From: Acholeplasma laidlawii PG-8A
GTDB taxonomy: Bacteria; Bacillota_I; Bacilli_A; Acholeplasmatales; Acholeplasmataceae
NCBI RefSeq assembly: GCF_000018785.1
Contig: NC_010163.1
Coordinates: 270,001-302,000 of the forward strand
DNA: 32,000 nucleotides
Direction of reading: 5' to 3'
The notes beneath the pieces were generated by a model, which was not told the DNA's origin, did not search any database, and saw only the letters and a program-made list of their open reading frames with translations. Both the position numbers and the translations under genes were made by a program. Positions 27,955-32,000 of the stretch are shown here, one piece after another (position 1 is the stretch's first letter; the number at the start of each line of letters is the position of its first letter).

Positions 27955-28803
27955 ATGGAAAAATATAACAAAACAACCGAATTTTATGTACCTGATAACA
28001 AACCTCTAGAAGAAGCTATCAAACGTACAACTCATATGGCAATTTTAGCGCACCATGACGATATTGAAATTGGTGCAATCGATGGTGTTTTACAAACATT
28101 TCAGAAACCAGACAAATGGTTCTTTGGTGTGGTTGTAACAGATGGTTCAGGTTCTTCACGTGGTGGAAATTATGCACACTACACAAATGAAGAAATGATG
28201 GTCGTTCGTAACCTTGAACAAAAAAAGGCTGCGTACTTAGGTGAATATGGACTACAAGCATTTATTAATTCTCCTTCAAAACAAACAAAAGATCCACAAG
28301 ATACAGTTGTTGTAGAAGAAATTAGAAAAATGATTTTAGACGCTCAACCAGAAGTGTTATATACACATAACCTAGCTGATAAACATGACACACATATTGG
28401 TGTTGTAACTAAGACCATTAAAGCGTTACGTTTATTACCGAAAGATAAACGTCCTAAAAAACTTTATGCAGTTGAAGTATGGCGTGATCTTGACTGGTTA
28501 AATGACGATGAAAAAGTTGCATTTAGTGTTGGTGGAAGACCAAACCTTACAAATAGCTTAGTTGAAGTGTTTGACTCACAAATTGACGGTGCAAAACGTT
28601 ATGACTTAGCTGCAATTGGTCGCCGTTTAGCGAATGCAACATTTGCTACAGCTCATGCGCTTGACCAATCTGATCAAGTTGTTAACGGTATGGATTTAAC
28701 ACCATTAATCGAAGATGACTCACTAGATATGGTAACATTCATCTTAGATGCAATTGACCGTTTCAGATTAGATGTTGAACAAAAAATAAGAAAAATTTTA
28801 TAA
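27955..28803 (+). CDS. PIG-L/LmbE family N-acetyl-sugar deacetylase
   Basis: The family motifs are ILAHHDDIEIG (the AHPDDxxxG equivalent) and HNLADKHDTHIGV (the HxDH-type metal site). This is the last gene before a strong terminator. Confidence 0.8.
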   Translation: MEKYNKTTEFYVPDNKPLEEAIKRTTHMAILAHHDDIEIGAIDGVLQTFQKPDKWFFGVVVTDGSGSSRGGNYAHYTNEEMMVVRNLEQKKAAYLGEYGLQAFINSPSKQTKDPQDTVVVEEIRKMILDAQPEVLYTHNLADKHDTHIGVVTKTIKALRLLPKDKRPKKLYAVEVWRDLDWLNDDEKVAFSVGGRPNLTNSLVEVFDSQIDGAKRYDLAAIGRRLANATFATAHALDQSDQVVNGMDLTPLIEDDSLDMVTFILDAIDRFRLDVEQKIRKIL

Positions 28804-28808
28804 TAATG

Positions 28809-28844
28809 TATGCACTTTAGATAATCTAGAGTGCATATTTTTTT
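28809..28844 (+). terminator. Rho-independent terminator ending the long operon
   Basis: The stem TATGCACTTTAGA / TCTAGAGTGCATA has one mismatch and a 3-nt loop, followed by TTTTTTT. Confidence 0.85.
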
Positions 28845-28864
28845 AATTTTACGAAATAAAGTCC

Positions 28865-28892
28865 TTGATTCAGTATGATTTCATGTTATAAT
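28865..28892 (+). promoter_or_regulatory. Promoter P1 upstream of the DUF402 gene (extended -10)
   Basis: TTGATT (28865-28870), a 16-nt spacer, then TGtTATAAT (TATAAT at 28887-28892). Confidence 0.55.
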
Positions 28893-28904
28893 AGTCTTCC
28901 TGTA

Positions 28905-28934
28905 CTGACAACAAAAGCGCTTAGATGTTATAAT
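28905..28934 (+). promoter_or_regulatory. Promoter P2 upstream of the DUF402 gene (extended -10)
   Basis: CTGACA (28905-28910), an 18-nt spacer, then TGtTATAAT (TATAAT at 28929-28934). The RBS AGGTGAG precedes the ATG at 28958. Confidence 0.55.
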
Positions 28935-28957
28935 ACATTTAAGTAGGTGAGACTTAT

Positions 28958-29542
28958 ATGAAATTAAAAAAAGCAAAAAAAATCCAAATACATGGCTATA
29001 AACATGATGGTAGTTTACACCGAGTGTGGATAAATTCATTTGTTGTTGATGATAATGAATCATATTTAGTTACAGGAAATCAAAGAACAAAAGTGATTGA
29101 ATCTAGTGGCCGTAGTTGGTATACCAAAGAACCAGCACTATGTTATTTCTTTGAAAAAGAATGGTTTAACATTATAGCAATGTTTAAAAAAGATGGTATA
29201 CATTATTATTGTAATGTATCAAGTCCTTATGTGTATGACTCAGAAGCGATTAAATATATAGATTATGATCTAGACATCAGAGTCTATCCAAATGGTCGTA
29301 TCGTGGTTTTAGATCGTAAAGAATTTGAAACAAATAGCAGTAAATTAAACTATTCGGAAGACATTATAAAAATCGCTAATCACGCGATTACCGAACTTAA
29401 AGCCTGGATTAAGGAAAAGCGTCCACCATTTGATGATGTGACTGTAAAATTGAATTTAGAGACATTTAAGAAGGTTTTAGACTATCATAAAGAGTTAAAA
29501 GAAACAAAGAATATTGAAAGGAATAGGAAAAGGGATAAATGA
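28958..29542 (+). CDS. ntdP: DUF402 / UPF0374 family nucleoside tri/diphosphate phosphatase (YgaC/Ntdp-like)
   Basis: The protein is close in pattern to B. subtilis YgaC along its length: IQIHGYKHDGSLHRVW, YTKEPALCYFF, WFNIIAMFKKDGIHYYCNVSSP and IKYIDYDLDIRVYPNG. Confidence 0.85.
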   Translation: MKLKKAKKIQIHGYKHDGSLHRVWINSFVVDDNESYLVTGNQRTKVIESSGRSWYTKEPALCYFFEKEWFNIIAMFKKDGIHYYCNVSSPYVYDSEAIKYIDYDLDIRVYPNGRIVVLDRKEFETNSSKLNYSEDIIKIANHAITELKAWIKEKRPPFDDVTVKLNLETFKKVLDYHKELKETKNIERNRKRDK

Positions 29543-30075
29543 TCGAAAAAACTTATGAAGAAATAAAGTATGACCTTATTATTAAGCGTCTAAAAGAACG
29601 TGGTGTGGAGGTAGCTGATATTGCTAAAATCACACTAGATTTACAAAAACCATACTTAAAGGATATGACACTTGAAATTTGTATAGACCACGTGAATCGT
29701 GTTTTAATCAAAAGAGAAGTTCAAAATGCTGTATTAACAGGTATTGAGTTAGACGTTTTAGCAGAAAAAGGATTACTTTCAGAACCACTTTCAACGATAC
29801 TTATGGAAGACTACGGTCTATATGGTGTTGATGAAATCTTAGCGTTATCTATCGTCAACGTTTATGGATCCATTGGATTAACAAACTTTGGTTATGTAGA
29901 TAAACTAAAATTAGGTATCATCAAAGAACTAGATACGAAACAAGAAGGTGTGGTACGTTGTAACACATTCTTAGATGACCTAGTTGGTGGTGTTGCAGCT
30001 GCTGCAGCTGGTAGCATTGCACATAAATATGCAGATACTACAAAAGTACTAGAAGCATACAAAAAAGCTATATAA
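29539..30075 (+). CDS. Phosphatidylglycerophosphatase A family protein (YutG-like)
   Basis: Motifs KREVQNAVLTGIELDVLAEKG, GLYGVDEILALSIVNVYGSIGLTNFGY and CNTFLDDLVGG recall B. subtilis YutG. An ATGA overlap couples it to the upstream gene. Confidence 0.85.
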   Translation: MIEKTYEEIKYDLIIKRLKERGVEVADIAKITLDLQKPYLKDMTLEICIDHVNRVLIKREVQNAVLTGIELDVLAEKGLLSEPLSTILMEDYGLYGVDEILALSIVNVYGSIGLTNFGYVDKLKLGIIKELDTKQEGVVRCNTFLDDLVGGVAAAAAGSIAHKYADTTKVLEAYKKAI

Positions 30076-30083
30076 TAGATTAG

Positions 30084-30117
30084 AAAAAACTACTTTTCAT
30101 CGAGAGTAGTTTTTTTA
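30084..30117 (+). terminator. Rho-independent terminator after the yutG-like gene
   Basis: The stem AAAAAACTACT...AGTAGTTTTTT has core ACTACT/AGTAGT and is followed by a T-run. Confidence 0.7.
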
Positions 30118-30120
30118 TGA

Positions 30121-30149
30121 ATCACTAGTATATTTTATATTCTAGTGAT
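30121..30149. promoter_or_regulatory. Imperfect palindrome in the sirtuin leader (possible operator)
   Basis: ATCACTAGTATA-ttta-(a)TATTCTAGTGAT pairs at 11 of 12 positions. It lies 27 nt upstream of the ATG at 30176 and abuts a TATGAT -10-like hexamer. Confidence 0.3.
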
Positions 30150-30175
30150 ATGATGAGGTTAAAGGAGAACTTTTT

Positions 30176-30886
30176 ATGACTATAAAAGAACTACAAACTA
30201 TCATAGATACATCGAACTATATCGTCTTTTTTGGTGGTGCTGGAGTATCTACAGAATCTGGTATTAAAGACTTTAGAAGTAAAGATGGTTTATATAGCCA
30301 AAAATTTAAAAACTACCGACCAGAAGATATCCTAAGTAGAAGTTTTTTCTTTAATCATACAAAAGATTTCTATGAGTATTTTAGACGCCACTTCTTAGAT
30401 ACTGGCATTAAACCAAATAAAGCACATATGTGGCTCAAAGATGCTGAAAGTATCGGTAAAGTTAAATGTGTTATTACTCAAAATATTGATGGACTCCATC
30501 AAATGGCAGGTTCAAAAAATGTAGTAGAACTCCACGGATCAGCTCACAGATATTACACAGTAAAAAAGAAACAACCTATTGATGGGTTAACCTACATTTT
30601 AAATACTGAAGATATACCAGTAGATAGTGAAGGCGATCTTATAAAGCCAGATGTTGTACTTTATGAAGAACCACTTAACTCTGAAGTAGTAAGAAAAGCC
30701 ATAGAAGAAATATCAAAGGCAGATACTTTAATTGTTGCAGGTACATCACTAACGGTTTATCCAGCAGCAAGTTTTATAGAATACTTTAAGGGTAAACACT
30801 TAATTGTGATAAATAAAGAGTATATGCAATTTAAACACTTTATTGAAGGTCAAGTTGGTGAAATTTTAAGTCAAATTAAGTTATAA
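30176..30886 (+). CDS. Sir2-family NAD-dependent protein deacylase lacking the zinc-ribbon cysteines
   Basis: Motifs are FFGGAGVSTESGIKDFRS, ITQNIDGLH, VELHGS (catalytic His) and VAGTSLTVYPA. The RBS AAAGGAG lies 8 nt upstream. The protein contains only one Cys. Confidence 0.88.
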   Translation: MTIKELQTIIDTSNYIVFFGGAGVSTESGIKDFRSKDGLYSQKFKNYRPEDILSRSFFFNHTKDFYEYFRRHFLDTGIKPNKAHMWLKDAESIGKVKCVITQNIDGLHQMAGSKNVVELHGSAHRYYTVKKKQPIDGLTYILNTEDIPVDSEGDLIKPDVVLYEEPLNSEVVRKAIEEISKADTLIVAGTSLTVYPAASFIEYFKGKHLIVINKEYMQFKHFIEGQVGEILSQIKL

Positions 30887-30897
30887 GAAAATAAAAA

Positions 30898-30935
30898 AAG
30901 TTCTCAAGCATTTACTTGAGAACTTGTTTATTATT
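30898..30935. terminator. Bidirectional rho-independent terminator shared by the sirtuin gene (+) and tRNA-Gly (-)
   Basis: The stem AAGTTCTCAAG / CTTGAGAACTT has a 6-nt loop. It is flanked by an A-run upstream and a T-rich tract downstream. Confidence 0.8.
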
Positions 30936-30938
30936 TAC

Positions 30939-31013
30939 TGGAGCCGGTGAGCAGGATCGAACTGCCGTCTAAGCCTTGGCAAGGCCTTGTAATAACCATT
31001 ATACGACACCGAC
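30939..31013 (-). tRNA. tRNA-Gly (anticodon GCC), CCA encoded
   Basis: The reverse complement reads GTCGGTG-TC-GTATAATGGTTATTAC-A-AGGCC-TTGCCAA-GGCTT-AGAC-GGCAG-TTCGATC-CTGCT-CACCGGC-T-CCA. This gives a 7-bp acceptor stem (one G-U), a 5-bp anticodon stem with loop TTGCCAA (anticodon GCC), and a T arm with TTCGATC. Confidence 0.92.
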
Positions 31014-31026
31014 ATGTTGCTTTATT

Positions 31027-31055
31027 ATGATATCAAATGCATCCATACTTGTCAA
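31027..31055 (-). promoter_or_regulatory. Promoter of tRNA-Gly
   Basis: On the - strand: TTGACA (31055-31050), a 17-nt spacer, then TGaTATCAT (TATCAT at 31032-31027). It lies about 13 nt upstream of the mature tRNA 5' end. Confidence 0.65.
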
Positions 31056-31148
31056 GCCTTATTTCAAAAAAGATTTACTTTTTTTCTAACTTATTCATTT
31101 GTAAGAATTATACCACAAATCTTTGGTAAAAAGAAACCGATAAGTTGA

Positions 31149-31157
31149 TGTTATAAT
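31149..31157 (+). promoter_or_regulatory. Extended -10 promoter element for the HExxH membrane protein gene
   Basis: TGtTATAAT has no convincing -35. The RBS AGGGTGA (31165-31171) precedes the ATG at 31177. Confidence 0.45.
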
Positions 31158-31176
31158 ATGTATTAGGGTGAACACA

Positions 31177-32000
31177 ATGAAAAAAAGACTGCGAAAAACA
31201 TGGATTTATTTTTTACTTGGAATTGTAGTAAGTTTTTTTTATGTTTTATTAATTTATGAAAACTTTTTTACACATTTAAATAAGGGCTTAAATACAGTAC
31301 CCTTTTATGTGCACATAATATATATGTTCATAGCTTTATTTCTAGCTATCTTTGCACATGAGATGGGGCACTTCATCTCATTTGTTAAACAAGGCATAAA
31401 ACCCAAGGCTTTATATGCCCTTGGTATCGCCTTTGTAAATGACAATGGACTAAAGATTAGATTCGTACCTAAATTTCTTCTGATGATTGGTGGTATCGTC
31501 ATACCTGATCACTTAAGTATTCAATCTAAGGATGAAGAAGAAACAATGGTTCATAAATTTAAAAGAGTTTTACTAGCAGGGCCTAAAGCATCTATTATAT
31601 ATGGTGTCCTCATAATATTAATCTGGATACTTTGTTTATTTACGAATATATATTGGTTAAATGGATTTTTATTCACCGTGTTGATTGTAACCTCCATCAT
31701 GACAGTGCTTGCTGTATTATCCTCTAAAGTATCTAGAGCAGGTATGTATGGAGACTTTGCAGCAGAAAAAGCATTTGATAAGGATAAACTCTTTAGATTA
31801 ACCTATCTAATCCAGTTAACAACCTTAATTGAGCACGATAAGGAAAGTATGGCATACTTTTGGCCAAGCATCGTAGAGATGCTTGAAACACAGCATCAGG
31901 CGCATTCACAGCTTTATACCAACCTTTTAGGTCAATACATATATGAGGTTGCATTTCATGGGCAAATTGCATGTCTAAGTATTGAAAAGAAGATGAACAG
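31177..32000 (+). CDS. Membrane-embedded HExxH putative zinc metalloprotease (M50/site-2-protease-like), 3' end outside the window
   Basis: This gene is not in the supplied ORF track because it has no stop in the window. My manual translation from ATG 31177 is open to nt 32000: MKKRLRKTWIYFLLGIVVSFFYVLLIY...FIALFLAIFAHEMGHFISFV... HEMGH sits in a hydrophobic helix and further hydrophobic segments follow (IIYGVLIILIWILCLF, FLFTVLIVTSIMTVLAVL). Confidence 0.75.
   Translation, partial: MKKRLRKTWIYFLLGIVVSFFYVLLIYENFFTHLNKGLNTVPFYVHIIYMFIALFLAIFAHEMGHFISFVKQGIKPKALYALGIAFVNDNGLKIRFVPKFLLMIGGIVIPDHLSIQSKDEEETMVHKFKRVLLAGPKASIIYGVLIILIWILCLFTNIYWLNGFLFTVLIVTSIMTVLAVLSSKVSRAGMYGDFAAEKAFDKDKLFRLTYLIQLTTLIEHDKESMAYFWPSIVEMLETQHQAHSQLYTNLLGQYIYEVAFHGQIACLSIEKKMN

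Noticed and set aside
28881-29063. 60-aa - strand ORF spanning the DUF402 promoter and start
   Set aside because: It overlaps two + strand promoters and the well-supported start of the YgaC-like gene. Its product has no features and no RBS.
30898-31013. tRNA-Gly as the attachment site of a genomic island carrying the catabolic locus
   Set aside because: I see no integrase, recombinase or transposase anywhere in the window and no direct repeat of the tRNA 3' end. The adjacent genes (sirtuin, yutG-like, ygaC-like) are housekeeping, and composition looks uniform by eye.
28883-31158. Identical 11-mer ATGTTATAATA at 28883, 28925 and 31148, considered as a possible repeat element
   Set aside because: It is simply the extended -10 consensus (TGnTATAAT) in an AT-rich context. 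The flanks are unrelated, so these are promoters, not a mobile or structured repeat.
31305-31502. 65-aa - strand ORF, the only track entry in the last kilobase
   Set aside because: The opposite strand carries an 824-nt open frame with an RBS, hydrophobic helices and an HEMGH motif, so the + strand gene explains the region.

Overview
This window is an AT-rich bacterial chromosome segment (roughly one-third G+C by eye, not computed). It uses the standard genetic code, with TGA as a stop. Gene content and signal types look like low-GC Bacillota or Acholeplasma-like Mollicutes. I support 25 protein genes, all on the + strand, and one tRNA-Gly(GCC) on the - strand. I found no rRNA, CRISPR array, transposase, integrase or recognisable defence or toxin genes.

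Most of the window is one large peptidoglycan amino-sugar (MurNAc/GlcNAc) scavenging locus, in three parts:
- (i) A 5'-truncated beta-lactamase-fold hydrolase is translationally coupled to a 1009-aa lipoprotein that carries a C-terminal Amidase_2 domain.
- (ii) A monocistronic 812-aa surface protein sits behind a strong promoter with overlapping cre-like sites.
- (iii) An apparent ~22-kb, 18-gene transcription unit (6850-28803) has almost no intergenic space. It encodes two solute-binding proteins, four CUT1-type ABC permeases and no ATPase. It also encodes a DUF624/YesL-like protein and a trio of function-unknown envelope proteins. The catabolic genes are DUF1343/NamZ-like, GH3 NagZ, a BadF-type MurK-like kinase, MurQ, a GNAT, NagB, an atypical ASKHA kinase and a PIG-L deacetylase.

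The best candidate for an undescribed system is that trio: an NHL-propeller/TPR protein, a Yip1-family membrane protein and a ~860-aa DUF5696-like protein. It lies between the two permease pairs, downstream of a 974-aa solute-binding protein with two CBM-like modules.

Downstream housekeeping genes are an Ntdp/YgaC-like DUF402 gene, a YutG/PgpA-like gene, a Cys-less sirtuin, tRNA-Gly, and a 3'-truncated HExxH membrane protein that the ORF track omits.

All family assignments come from motifs read by eye and need confirmation by HMM or BLAST.
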